Assembly (NCBI GenBank): GCA_965226495.1
Contig: OZ245365.1
Coordinates: forward strand, 1,856,001-1,920,000
Source of the DNA: Candidatus Marinacidobacterales bacterium
Lineage (GTDB): Bacteria; Acidobacteriota; Vicinamibacteria; Marinacidobacterales; DATDRI01
DNA length: 64,000 bases
Reading direction: 5' to 3'
Positions within the stretch are counted from its first letter, which is position 1; each line of letters opens with the position of its first letter. The position numbers and the translations under genes were made by a program. This document shows, piece by piece, positions 1-10,249 of the stretch. Under the pieces are notes generated by a model that was not told where the DNA came from, searched no databases, and saw nothing but the letters and a program-made list of their open reading frames with translations.

Positions 1-1455
1 GGTGACTTCGGGGAGATCAAGCGGAGTCGGGAGGTCGTCATGAGGGTGGTGGTCGACGAATCCCGTCCGATCGCAGCGCCTCGATGGCGTGGTGCGTCCT
101 ACGATCGATATGCCGATGGCCAGTGGAGCAAGACCCTGAATGGTATGTCGGAGCTTCCCAGGTCGCCCGATGGTCAGTTCCTGTTGGAGCGTCCGACGGG
201 TGAGGAAGGGATCGCGAGCGAAGTGTTTCTCGAGCCTTTGGATACAGACCTCATTTTCCTTCCGCCCGGCTCTCAACGCCTATCGACACCGCTGCCGTAC
301 GTTTTCGTGGATCCATACCTGGCTGTGCGGACCGGAAGGTCCCGAAGGGCCGGTCGGCGCTACACCGTCGAGTGGCAGCCCGACGCGCCTGCGGACTCAT
401 CCTCTCTCGGAGCTGTGTGGCTGGGCTACGAAGCACGGCAGTTTTACCTCCAGGTCCCACCGTTCTCCGACGATTTCCATGGGCTGGTGCGCGACGTCGT
501 TCCGGAGGGCAGATCGATACAGGAGACTGCTTTCGCGGTGGAGGAGTATCTCGAAGGGGAGTACGGGTACACTCTCAACACACCACAGCGCCGTCGTGAG
601 GATCCGTTGGAAGACTTTTTATTCGAGATCCGAGCCGGGCATTGCGAATTTTTCGCGACTGCAATGGTGATGTTTTTGAGAGCCCGAGGCGTGCCGGCAC
701 GTATCGTGACGGGTTTCCTGGGAGGTGAGCTCAACGATATCGGCAACTTCGAGGTGGTGCGAAAAGAGGACGCCCACGCGTGGGTCGAAGTCTTCGATCG
801 ACAACGGGGTTGGATAAGCTTCGACCCTACGCCTCCTGCGCTCGGTGGCAACGAGACCCGTACTTTCGAGTTCGTCGCCAAGAGCATCGATTCCCTCCGG
901 ATGTTGTGGGACATGTACGTAATCACGTTCGACTACGAGCGGCAACGCGGGGTCCTGAGGGGGGCGGGCGGAGTACTCGCATGGACGGTAGGCTTGGCGG
1001 GCAAGGCGATCGCCCTCGCCAAGGAGAAGGCCAAGTGGTTGGCCTTGATTGGTGGCTTGATCGTGTTAGTCATGGTTGTCGCAAAGACGCGATTCGGTAG
1101 GAAGTGGTGGACGAAGCTCCATCTGCGTTGGCCCTTCAAGCCGTTTGCGTTTGGTGGCGTAGGTCCGGCATCCGCGGTTCGGTTCTACGGAGAGTTGCTG
1201 GCAAGGTTAGAGAAAATGGGATTCGCTCGCGCTCCTGGAGTGACGCCGGCCGAATACGCTCAGTTACTGGAAGGCCGATTGCCGGGACTGACCGAGCTGA
1301 CCCAAATTTACTATCATGTTCGTTTCGGAGGCCTCGAGCTTGATCGAGGCGAGCAGGTGCGCGCCGAGCGCTTGGCTACCACGATACGGGTCGCCGCTCT
1401 GAGCGACGCCGATCTGGCTGTCATTTCTTCTTCCCTTCAACACGATCCGCGATAA
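1..1455 (+). CDS. Transglutaminase-like membrane protein (TgpA/DUF3488-DUF4129 type), 5' part outside window
   Basis: Triad motifs GHCEFFA, HAWVE, FDPTP; TM segment followed by DUF4129-like C-terminus; frame open to window edge. Confidence 0.85.
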   Translation, partial: GDFGEIKRSREVVMRVVVDESRPIAAPRWRGASYDRYADGQWSKTLNGMSELPRSPDGQFLLERPTGEEGIASEVFLEPLDTDLIFLPPGSQRLSTPLPYVFVDPYLAVRTGRSRRAGRRYTVEWQPDAPADSSSLGAVWLGYEARQFYLQVPPFSDDFHGLVRDVVPEGRSIQETAFAVEEYLEGEYGYTLNTPQRRREDPLEDFLFEIRAGHCEFFATAMVMFLRARGVPARIVTGFLGGELNDIGNFEVVRKEDAHAWVEVFDRQRGWISFDPTPPALGGNETRTFEFVAKSIDSLRMLWDMYVITFDYERQRGVLRGAGGVLAWTVGLAGKAIALAKEKAKWLALIGGLIVLVMVVAKTRFGRKWWTKLHLRWPFKPFAFGGVGPASAVRFYGELLARLEKMGFARAPGVTPAEYAQLLEGRLPGLTELTQIYYHVRFGGLELDRGEQVRAERLATTIRVAALSDADLAVISSSLQHDPR

Positions 1456-1504
1456 AGTAGACGGTCCCGCGCTAACTGGACGCGCGACTATAACCAAATC
1501 TGCC

Positions 1505-2749
1505 ATGAACAGTTCGGCCGAAGTGCGAAAGATGTGGGTCCTCCTCATGGCCGCCTTCGTCGACATGATGGGCTACGCGATGGTGTTTCCATTGCTCCCG
1601 TTTTATGCGGTGCGGTTCGGTGGCAGCCCGCAAGTCATCGGGTGGATGGTGGCCTCCTTCTCGATTGCCCAGGTTGCCGCTTCACCTCTTTGGGGTCGTT
1701 TCTCCGACAACTGGGGCCGGCGACCTGGACTCCTGATTGGTTTGGGAGGGTCCGCGGTGGCTTTCCTCATTTTTGGATTCGCCGACTCGCTCTGGCTTTT
1801 ATTTGTCTCGCGCATTGCACAGGGGGTGAGCGGAGGGACGACCGGGATCATGCAGGCCTACGTTGGCGATTCGGTTCCACCGGAGGATCGGGCGAAGGCG
1901 TTGGGCTGGCTTTCCGCCGCTACCAGCGCCGGTGTCATGATCGGGCCGGCGATCGGATCGTTGAGCAACTCGCGGCTGGGGCCGGAGGCTCCGGGCGTCA
2001 TTGCCGCCGGCCTTTGCGTCATTAATCTCATTTTCGCATGGCGTTGGCTCCCGGAATCGAAGCCGCGTGAGTGGGAGCCGTCTACCGAAGAGGTCGAGGT
2101 TGGCACGCTGGCCGAAACGGTCGATCCCAACGCAGCGCAGCAGAGAACGAGGAAAACTGTATCGGCGATGCTATGGGAGACGCTTCGGTACCCAAGGAGA
2201 GAAACATCGGAGCTGATTTGGATCTACTCGGTGGCCATGATGGCGTTCAGTGCTCTCACCGCCGTTTTGGGACTCTTCTTGATGGAGCGTTTCCAAATGA
2301 CGGAAGCCAACATCGGTTACATTTTTCTCTACGTGGGGAGCATCTCGGTTGTCATGCGTGCAGGTGTACTGGGTAGTGTCGTTCGTGCCTTTGGTGAGGT
2401 TCGGGTCATGCGTCTCGGGGCCATCTTGTTGGCGCTCGGCCTCATCGCTTACCCGCTGCCAGAGAGTTTCTCGGTATTGTTGTTGGTTATGGTTCTCGTG
2501 CCGATCGGCACTGCACTTCTTTTCCCTTCGACGACCGGACTGCTATCGCGAAGAGGTGGAAAGGATCAGTTGGGGCAACTCATGGGAGTGCAGCAAGCGT
2601 TCGGCAGTGTGGCGCGAATCGTAGGGCCGCTTTGGGCGGGTGCGCTTTTCCAGCACGTGAGCCCCAACGCTCCCTTCTTTGCAGCTGGAGCGGTCGTGGC
2701 GTTGGCTGCGATCCTGGCGGGACGTCTCCGCCCCCAGCCTCGTGGTTAG
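1505..2749 (+). CDS. MFS transporter, TetA/DHA1-like
   Basis: About 12 hydrophobic segments; motif A WGRFSDNWGRRP; motif C-like GVMIGPAIG. Confidence 0.9.
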   Translation: MNSSAEVRKMWVLLMAAFVDMMGYAMVFPLLPFYAVRFGGSPQVIGWMVASFSIAQVAASPLWGRFSDNWGRRPGLLIGLGGSAVAFLIFGFADSLWLLFVSRIAQGVSGGTTGIMQAYVGDSVPPEDRAKALGWLSAATSAGVMIGPAIGSLSNSRLGPEAPGVIAAGLCVINLIFAWRWLPESKPREWEPSTEEVEVGTLAETVDPNAAQQRTRKTVSAMLWETLRYPRRETSELIWIYSVAMMAFSALTAVLGLFLMERFQMTEANIGYIFLYVGSISVVMRAGVLGSVVRAFGEVRVMRLGAILLALGLIAYPLPESFSVLLLVMVLVPIGTALLFPSTTGLLSRRGGKDQLGQLMGVQQAFGSVARIVGPLWAGALFQHVSPNAPFFAAGAVVALAAILAGRLRPQPRG

Positions 2750-2847
2750 GGCCTCCGATTTGTCGTCTCCGCCGCTCGCCGTTAGGATCACTCGAGGATA
2801 GGAGGGAGTTGTGCGTTGGTCTTGCGAGAGGCGGTGAGGTTGGCAGC

Positions 2848-3627
2848 ATGACTAGATTAAAAGTCGGAATTTGTGAGCTACACCCGGAGTTGGCTCCGGG
2901 CTCGGAGGCGTGGTCGCGTTTTGTAAACCAAGTGAGCGCGGAGAAGCCGGACGTTTTCCTGCTCAATGAAATGCCGTTCGGGTCCTGGATCTCGGCGGGG
3001 GAGAAATTCGTTCCGGAGGCCTGGAAGGCGGCTTGTGATGTGCACGCAAAGGGAGTCTCCCTACTCGGCGAGCTTGGCGCCAAGGTAGTGCTGGGGAGTC
3101 GTGCCACCGAGCTCGATGGTCGCCGCGTCAACGAGGCGTTTGTATGGACTAAGGATGATGGGTTGGTCGGAGTGCACACAAAGCAGTTCTTCCCCAACGA
3201 GGCGGGCTACTATGAAGCGCGTTGGTTCGAGCCGGGAGAGCGTCACTTCCATGTAGTGGAGGCGGGCTCGCTCAGAGTCGGCTTCCTCATTTGCACGGAG
3301 GTAATGTTTAACGAGCATGCTCGCCGCTACGGCCGCAGCGGTGCTCACCTCATTGCGGTCCCCCGTGCGACTCCGCGCGGCACCACCCGTCGATGGATGA
3401 CGGCCATGCAAATGGCGGCAATCGCGTCGGGCTGTTACGTGGTTTCGTCGAATCGAGGTGGAGTCGACTCGCGCGGCCAAAAGTTCGGCGGCACCGGGTG
3501 GGTCGTAGATCCGATTGGCGACATGATGGCCCAGACATCGACCAGCACGCCCGTGGTCTATTACGACCTGGATACGGAGCTCGTCGCCCAAGCCCAGCGT
3601 GAGTACCCCTGCAACGTAAAGGAATAG
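2848..3627 (+). CDS. Carbon-nitrogen hydrolase (nitrilase superfamily)
   Basis: E-K-C triad: LNEM, HTKQFF, LICTE; start moved to ATG 2848 after GAGGT. Confidence 0.88.
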   Translation: MTRLKVGICELHPELAPGSEAWSRFVNQVSAEKPDVFLLNEMPFGSWISAGEKFVPEAWKAACDVHAKGVSLLGELGAKVVLGSRATELDGRRVNEAFVWTKDDGLVGVHTKQFFPNEAGYYEARWFEPGERHFHVVEAGSLRVGFLICTEVMFNEHARRYGRSGAHLIAVPRATPRGTTRRWMTAMQMAAIASGCYVVSSNRGGVDSRGQKFGGTGWVVDPIGDMMAQTSTSTPVVYYDLDTELVAQAQREYPCNVKE

Positions 3628-3631
3628 GATC

Positions 3632-4740
3632 GGGGTCAGATCCAGAAATATTACAAGGGTCTGATCCAAAAATGTGCACGGGAGGCGGATCTCGATGGCC
3701 GTCGGGAGTCGGATCTTGGGAAGGAGCGACTCAGCTGTGTGGTATCTGGGCGTTCCGTGTCGGGAACCGGCGTTCACTTCAAGGTTGTTCGAATTGCCTG
3801 ATTGCTCGGCTGACTGTCGTGTAGTGGACGCCGAAATGGGCGGCGACCGTTTGCTGGGAGTAACCGCCGCTAAGGTAGGCCTTGGCCATCGCCTCGTAGC
3901 GATTCGGGAAGTTTTCCTCGAACCAGGAGAGGGGCTTTACAAGAGGACGGAGCTGCGACCGTGACACTCCCCGCAGGTCCTCTGGACTAACCAGCGCTTG
4001 CATTCGCTCCACGAACGCGTCCGAGCCCAGATAGAACTCGTTTCGGAGGTCGGTCCAAACGCTCTCTCGATCCTTGCCCGCGTTTACGAACCGCCTATAG
4101 GATCCAATCGCGTCATCGCGAGCGTCTCCGAACTGGCGGAGTAGCCAGTCTGTTTCCAACCACGGAGGGGATGGGGCCTCACCGCATGTTGCTCTATAGC
4201 TGCTCCACTGCCAATCCTCGGGGTGCAGCGTAAGGCCGGCGCGGACTGGGTTCAGAACGATATAGCGTGCGAGCTCCATCAAGTACGCTTCTTTTTCCAC
4301 GAGGATTGCCTTATAAGGTCCCTCAAAGACGTGACCAGTGCGGTCGTGCGCACGGTTGAAGCGCTGGCCGTACATCCCGTTTAGCCGCTGCATGCCCCGA
4401 CTTAAGTTGGGTTCTGGCGTCTGCACGAGGCCGTGGTAATGGTTGGTCATCAAGCAGTACCCATGGCAAGTCCAACCCCCGCGTTCGACGACGTCGCCGA
4501 ACAGGCGCAGGAAGTCCAACCGGTCCCGTTCGGTTAGGTAGATGTCTTGGCGAGCGTTTCCGCGCGAGGTGACGTGGTACAACGCACCTGGGAACTCTAT
4601 TCTCAGTGGTCGAGCCATCCTGTAGAGACGGACGAAATTGATGGCTCTAGGCCTCCCTCACCAATTCCTTTGATACCGATTGCGGCTGGAGATTGCACAA
4701 AACTGGATCAGACCCCTGTGATAAAACTGGATCAGACCCC
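3632..4740. mobile_element. RAYT element bounded by 47-bp imperfect inverted repeats, each with two GGGTC(A/T)GATCC units
   Basis: 3632-3678 vs reverse complement of 4694-4740; 24-bp unit spacing on both sides. Confidence 0.75.
3779..4618 (-). CDS. REP-associated tyrosine (Y1/HUH) transposase with C-terminal HTH
   Basis: MARPLR..YHVTSRGN, HUH motif MTNHYH, YIVLNPVRAG, WSSY. Confidence 0.92.
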   Translation of the reverse strand: MARPLRIEFPGALYHVTSRGNARQDIYLTERDRLDFLRLFGDVVERGGWTCHGYCLMTNHYHGLVQTPEPNLSRGMQRLNGMYGQRFNRAHDRTGHVFEGPYKAILVEKEAYLMELARYIVLNPVRAGLTLHPEDWQWSSYRATCGEAPSPPWLETDWLLRQFGDARDDAIGSYRRFVNAGKDRESVWTDLRNEFYLGSDAFVERMQALVSPEDLRGVSRSQLRPLVKPLSWFEENFPNRYEAMAKAYLSGGYSQQTVAAHFGVHYTTVSRAIRQFEQP

Positions 4741-4815
4741 TTCTTTGCTTCTTCAAGACCTGGGTTCGGCTGTTTTCTTGGCATATCCGCTAGATACTGG
4801 GATAAGCTTTGGCCT

Positions 4816-7713
4816 ATGAACGGGCCATTCCTGAAGAGGGTCGCGATCTTCCTGGCCATTTATTTCGTGGGGTCGCGGCTCGGACTCCTGGTCACTCTCG
4901 GGCCCGGCCAGGTCTCACCCGTTTGGCCCCCCACGGGTATCGCGTTGGCCGCGATCCTATTACTTGGATACCGCTTCTGGCCCATCGTTGCTCTGGCGGT
5001 GGTGGTCGACCACGCGCTCCGGCTACCGCTCGGAGTTACGGCCATCATTGCCGTGGGTAAGACCGTTGAGGCGTTGCTCGGTGCCTATCTGCTTCGCCGG
5101 TTCGTAGGCTTCTCGAATCGTCTTGCTCGTGTCAGAGATGTTCTGGGCCTAGCGGCCGTCGGGGCGGTCTTTTCAACGTTGGTTGGCGCCATCATTTGCG
5201 TGGTCGGCCTGGTCCTTGCGAGCGTGGCTTCGTGGGCCGACTTCGTTTCGCTCTTGTGGCTTTGGTGGCTTGGAGACGGCATGGGCGTCCTGCTTGCGGC
5301 GCCGCCGATGCTCGTCTGGGCGGCCCGGCCGTCCGTCCGGCTCGACCGACGCACGGTTGCCGAACTGGCCCTCCTGATGACCTCGCTGCTCGTTGCTTGC
5401 GAGGCGGCGTTTGGCGGCCACCTCGCACCTTCGGAGTTCGACTTGCCGCTGGCCTACATGCCTTTCCCGTTCGTCATCTGGGCCGCCCTCCGCTTCGGCA
5501 TGCACGGTGCCGTGACCTCGGCCCTTTTAACCTCCATCCACGCCATCGCGGGTACTGTTCATGGGCACGGTCCGTTCGTGCGATCCTCGCCAATAGAGAA
5601 CTTGATTCTATTGCAGGCATTCGTCGCGGTCATCGTTCTTACTGCACTCGTGCTGGGAGCCGTAACCACCGAGCGAGGGCGGGTCGCCAGGGAGCTCAGG
5701 AAGAGTCAGGGTCGCTACAATTTGGCCACCACCGCTGGGGCGGTCGGCGTCTGGGATTGGGATCTCGAGACCAATGAGATTTATGTCGACCCCGTCCTAA
5801 AGGGCATTCTTGGATATCAGGACCACGAGATTCAAAACCATATTAGTGATTGGGACAAACTCGTTCACCCGGACGACGTGGAACGCGTCCGGGCGGAAGT
5901 GATGAGCCATCAAGTTGCAGAGGCGCCTCACTACGAGGTTGCCCATCGTGCCGTTCACAAGGACGGCAGCACACGCTGGTTTCTGGTCCGCGGGAACGCG
6001 CGACGCGACAAGGACGGCCGGCCGGTTCGCATGACGGGAACCAGCATCGACATTACGACAAATCGTCAGGCCGAAGAGGCCTTGGAGCAAAGCGAGCGGC
6101 GAGCCCGCAAGCAGCTCGCCGAACTGGAGCACCTCTATCAGACTGCCCCGGTCGGCTTGTGCCTCGTGGATCGCGAGCTTCGGTGGGTCCGCATCAACGA
6201 ACGGTTGGCCGGCTTCCACGGGAAACCTGTGTCCGAGCACATCGGCCGCCGAATGAAGGACCTGATACCGGAGATCGCGGCGAAATCAGAGCCCGTTTAC
6301 CGCAAGGTGTTCGAAACCGGGGAACCCATCGTGGACGCCGAGGTAAGCGGTGTCACCCCTGCCGACCCGGATAGCGAGAGGCACTGGCTAGCCAGCTTCT
6401 ACCCCCTTAAACTCGACGATGGGACGGTCTACGCCGTTAGCAATGTTGTTCAAGACATTACTTCCCGAAAGCGCGCGGAGATGTTGCAAACGGGGAATAG
6501 CCGCGTGCTCGAGCTGCTTGCCGAAGACCGCGACATCGTCGAGGTCTTCGAGGAGTTGGCCCGCACGGTAGAAAGCCAACTTGGTGCTTCGTCACGTTGC
6601 TCGATTCTGTTGGTCGACCGGCAAAAGAAACACCTCCGTTTTTGCGCTGCACCGAATCTCCCCAAAGAGTTCCACGAGAGCGTCGATGGTTTGCCGATCG
6701 GCGCCTCCGAGGGCTCGTGCGGTACCGCGGCGTATCGTCACCAAACGGTCATTGTGGCGGACATGATGAACGATCCCCTGTGGGAAAAATACCGAGAGGT
6801 GGCGCGGCGTTTCAACCTCAAGTCGAGTTGGTCGGTGCCGGTTCTCTCCGAATCCGACCAAGTACTGGGCACGCTATGTGTCTTCCACACTCGACGCCAC
6901 GAGCCGACCAGTCGGGAGACGGATGTCACCCAGAAGGCTGCCTCGCTAGCAAGAGTTGCTATCGAGCACACGAAAGCACTGGCAGCGCTTCAGGATCGAG
7001 AAACGGCGCTCCGACAGAGCCACGCCAAGATCCAGGATCTGGCTGGACGGCTCATAGTCGCGCAGGAGGAAGAACGGCGACGGCTGTCGCGGGAGCTACA
7101 CGATGGTCTCAATCAGCACCTGGCTGCCCTATCCTTCGAAATAGGATTCCTTCGGTCGCGGCTACCCGAGCAGAATGCCGACATGCGTGAGCGTCTTCTT
7201 GCGCTTCAGACGAGGGCGGCTCTAGTAATCGAGGATGTCAGACATATGTCTCGCGAGCTTCACCCCGCGTCACTGGAGCACTTGGGACTCGTATCGGCGT
7301 TGAGAACTCACTGCCTCGAGATCGAAAAACAAGAACCGATTCGGGCCAAGCTGACTCTAGTCAAGGTACCCGAGGATATTCCTCGGGAGGTTGCACTCTG
7401 TCTGTACCGCGTGGCGCAGGAGGCCCTTCGCAATGCGGTCAAGCATTCTGGAGCGCCAGAGGTCCGCGTGACCCTGACCGGCGCCGAAGGAGGCTTGGAG
7501 CTTTACGTTGCCGACAGCGGTTCGGGTTTCGATAGGGAGGGGACTCACGGAGGGCTAGGACTCGTAAGCATGGAGGAACGAGTGCGACTCCTCGGGGGGA
7601 GCTTCCGGCTTACATCGCAGCCCCGGCTCGGGACGCGCCTGGAAGTTCGTGTGCCGGTGAGTCAGACCCAAGAGCCGGTAGGGGACCCCACGGTTCAGAA
7701 ACACCGCGCCTGA
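4816..7713 (+). CDS. MASE1-PAS-PAS-GAF sensor histidine kinase (HisKA_3/NarX type)
   Basis: VWPPTG MASE1 motif, PAS repeats, GAF (GSCGTAA), H-box ERRRLSRELHD, QEALRNAVKH, GLGLVSMEER. Confidence 0.92.
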   Translation: MNGPFLKRVAIFLAIYFVGSRLGLLVTLGPGQVSPVWPPTGIALAAILLLGYRFWPIVALAVVVDHALRLPLGVTAIIAVGKTVEALLGAYLLRRFVGFSNRLARVRDVLGLAAVGAVFSTLVGAIICVVGLVLASVASWADFVSLLWLWWLGDGMGVLLAAPPMLVWAARPSVRLDRRTVAELALLMTSLLVACEAAFGGHLAPSEFDLPLAYMPFPFVIWAALRFGMHGAVTSALLTSIHAIAGTVHGHGPFVRSSPIENLILLQAFVAVIVLTALVLGAVTTERGRVARELRKSQGRYNLATTAGAVGVWDWDLETNEIYVDPVLKGILGYQDHEIQNHISDWDKLVHPDDVERVRAEVMSHQVAEAPHYEVAHRAVHKDGSTRWFLVRGNARRDKDGRPVRMTGTSIDITTNRQAEEALEQSERRARKQLAELEHLYQTAPVGLCLVDRELRWVRINERLAGFHGKPVSEHIGRRMKDLIPEIAAKSEPVYRKVFETGEPIVDAEVSGVTPADPDSERHWLASFYPLKLDDGTVYAVSNVVQDITSRKRAEMLQTGNSRVLELLAEDRDIVEVFEELARTVESQLGASSRCSILLVDRQKKHLRFCAAPNLPKEFHESVDGLPIGASEGSCGTAAYRHQTVIVADMMNDPLWEKYREVARRFNLKSSWSVPVLSESDQVLGTLCVFHTRRHEPTSRETDVTQKAASLARVAIEHTKALAALQDRETALRQSHAKIQDLAGRLIVAQEEERRRLSRELHDGLNQHLAALSFEIGFLRSRLPEQNADMRERLLALQTRAALVIEDVRHMSRELHPASLEHLGLVSALRTHCLEIEKQEPIRAKLTLVKVPEDIPREVALCLYRVAQEALRNAVKHSGAPEVRVTLTGAEGGLELYVADSGSGFDREGTHGGLGLVSMEERVRLLGGSFRLTSQPRLGTRLEVRVPVSQTQEPVGDPTVQKHRA

Positions 7714-7719
7714 CGGTTC

Positions 7720-7800
7720 CTACTCATGGCGCAGCGCGAGGACGGGGTCCAAGCTTGCCGCTCGCCGGGCCGGCACATAGCTCGCCGCTAGCGAAACACC
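7720..7800 (-). pseudogene. C-terminal remnant of an ABC/ADOP-type (MacB/FtsX) permease
   Basis: Reads LAASYVPARRAASLDPVLALRHE*, the typical C-terminus of these permeases; no upstream gene body. Confidence 0.75.
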
Positions 7801-7929
7801 AGGCTGAAAGTCATCGCGCCGAACTCCATTTGCGTCCGCGAGCGGCCATTCGAGTGTCCGGAATTGAACAAAGCCCGACCCTCGACGCTCGCGTCGAACT
7901 TGAGCTATGCTGACGCCGCAAGAGCCAGC

Positions 7930-8754
7930 ATGATCGTACAGACTGCTCCCGAAGGTGCACCGCATTTCATCATTACGATGGCGGAGCATACGAGCTTCGC
8001 CGGACAGCTCGCGAGGATTTTCGGCAACGAGAGCTTCGAGCCGGTGGAGCCCCGGGAGGAAATGCTCTACTTGATCGATCATCACGATCAAGGATGGCGG
8101 GAGCTGGATGCCGAGGCCCCCATGGATCCCAAGACCCGGCTTCCTTATCATCTCGTGGAGACGCCTCTAGAGAAGATCGTCAAAACCAGCGAGCGCTCTC
8201 CGACACTGAATTCCGAAAGGCACCCCTATTGTGGGCTGCTTTCGAGTATGCACACATGGGGGCTCTACAACGGCCGCTATGGGCTATCCGACATGGTGCT
8301 GCTCGACTCGATCTCGGAAGCATCGAGACCGCTGGTCCAGTCGATGTTGGACGGTGAGCTCGAGCGGCAGGAGCGCCTGAAGGCACAACTCGCCGCGAGC
8401 CCGGAAACCGCGAAATGGATTGATGAACCCCGGCTGATGCAGAACTACAAACAGCTTCAGTTTTTCGACACCGCTGCACTCTATTTTCAGATGCGACACG
8501 ACGACGCCCGGAGCGCAGGGATATTCGACCACGTCGCGTTAAACGCAGAGGAAGACGTCGAGGTTGCAGTAACTCGTCAAGCACCGGGCCTCTATGGCTT
8601 CGCGCCGTTCCCGTTCAGCGAAGAGGGGGTGGAGGTTTCGTTCACCGGACGCTACCTTGCGCCCCTTGCCGAACAAGAGGACCGGGATCTCGCCGGAGTG
8701 TTGGCGGCGCTGCCGGAGAGCTCGCAGACGGTCAAGCTGGTTTCGGGAAGCTAG
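7930..8754 (+). CDS. DUF3891-family protein
   Basis: Conserved pattern EH..AG.LA..FGN, HHDQGW, LLSSMH, QFFD. Confidence 0.7.
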   Translation: MIVQTAPEGAPHFIITMAEHTSFAGQLARIFGNESFEPVEPREEMLYLIDHHDQGWRELDAEAPMDPKTRLPYHLVETPLEKIVKTSERSPTLNSERHPYCGLLSSMHTWGLYNGRYGLSDMVLLDSISEASRPLVQSMLDGELERQERLKAQLAASPETAKWIDEPRLMQNYKQLQFFDTAALYFQMRHDDARSAGIFDHVALNAEEDVEVAVTRQAPGLYGFAPFPFSEEGVEVSFTGRYLAPLAEQEDRDLAGVLAALPESSQTVKLVSGS

Positions 8755-10228
8755 GTTTTTGACTCTGGTCGGAAACTGGAACGAAGACCTCTAGTTCCGT
8801 TCCTCCTCCTGGGCGAGACTCGATCCGAAAGGAACCGTTCAAGAGGCGGACTCGTTCTTCCATGCTGAGCAGGCCTACGCCCTGAGCGGGCCGAGCTTCC
8901 TTGATATCGAAGCCGACGCCGTCATCTGAGATAGCGAGGTGCAGTCCGTTTTTCTCTGCTGCGAGCCGCACCGTTGCGGATGCCGCGCCGGAGTGCCGCT
9001 GAATGTTGCGAAGCGATTCTTCGGTAATTCGGTACAAACACAAGGCGATATCGAAGGGAACCGGGTCGGGAGAATCGCGGCATCGATTTGGATAGAGATG
9101 CTCTCCTTCTTCCTGAAATCCTGGCAAAGCGACTTCAGGCCGGCGGCGACTCCTACATGCTCGATCCCCGCGGGATGGAGCTCCTGAGACAGGTGGCGTA
9201 CGTCGTCGATGAGGGCCACCGTTCGTTCCTGAAGGGCGCCGACCGTCTTTCGAACAGACTCGGCGGGCCCGGAAAGCTCTCTTTCCAACATGCTCAGAGC
9301 TTCTCGACAAGGCCGCCAACTTTTGGTTCACGTCCTCGTGCAGCTCCAGGGCGACGTGCCTACGTTCGGTTTCTTGCGTTTTGATGAGCTCTCCGGCCAA
9401 GTATTGAATCTTCTCGTGACCGAGGCGAAGGGCGGCCTCGCTCTCCCGCAACACCTCTTCCGCGTGCTTGCGTTCGGTGATGTCGAGCATAAAACCCCTC
9501 AAGATGTGCGGTCTGCCGTGCCGGCGCTCCACGCTTACGTGATCTTGGACCCAAACCACGTCGCCATCGGCGGAGATCATTGATACTCGTCCGCGTAGGC
9601 GTCGCTCGCCTCTTGCATTTGGATGACGTGGGCGACGATCCACTCTCGGTCTTCGGGGTGAAGGTGCTCGACCCAGAAGTCCTTTTCGAACCATTTCTCC
9701 ACAGGGTAGTCGAGGATGGTGCTCGTCTGAGGGCCCACGTAGCGCGTTTGCCACGTTTCGGCGTCGGCCTCCCACGGAATCACGTCGGTCCGCTCCACGA
9801 GCAGTTGAAAGCGCGCCTCACTCTCCTTGAGCGCATCTGCTGCTCGACGTCGCTCCGTTATGTCTCGAACTACGGCGCTAATGCCCCACACCGTGCCGCA
9901 GTCTCCGATCAAGGGGTAGTAGCTGGCATAGCCAGTCTCGGCGGCCGTCCGGATCGGTCGGGGATGGGCCGCAGACTTCGAGATCCAGGACCGGCTGCCC
10001 ATTTTCGAGTATTTGGCGAAGCACCGGCTCCAGTCGCGGTGCGACCTCCGGGATCACCTCATGAAAGTGGCGACCGATGTGCTTTGAGACCGGCTTACCA
10101 TTAATCTGAGCCAGTCTCTCGTTGACGCGTTGGTAACGCAGCTCGCCAAGCCGAAGGGGGCGGTGTCGTATAGGTGCAACAGCTCGAAGGACCTCGTCTT
10201 CGGGCCTCAGCTTTTCAGGGGCAGCCAT
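8732..10228 (-). pseudogene. PAS-PAS HisKA_3 sensor kinase split by multiple frameshifts (or assembly errors)
   Basis: Successive frames give PAS (RVNERLAQINGKP), HPEDRE, ERRHVALELHE, LSQELHP, EESLRNIQRHS, GVGLLSMEER; paralogous to 4816-7713. Confidence 0.8.
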
Positions 10229-10249
10229 GTGTCTCGGATTCGTCTCTTC

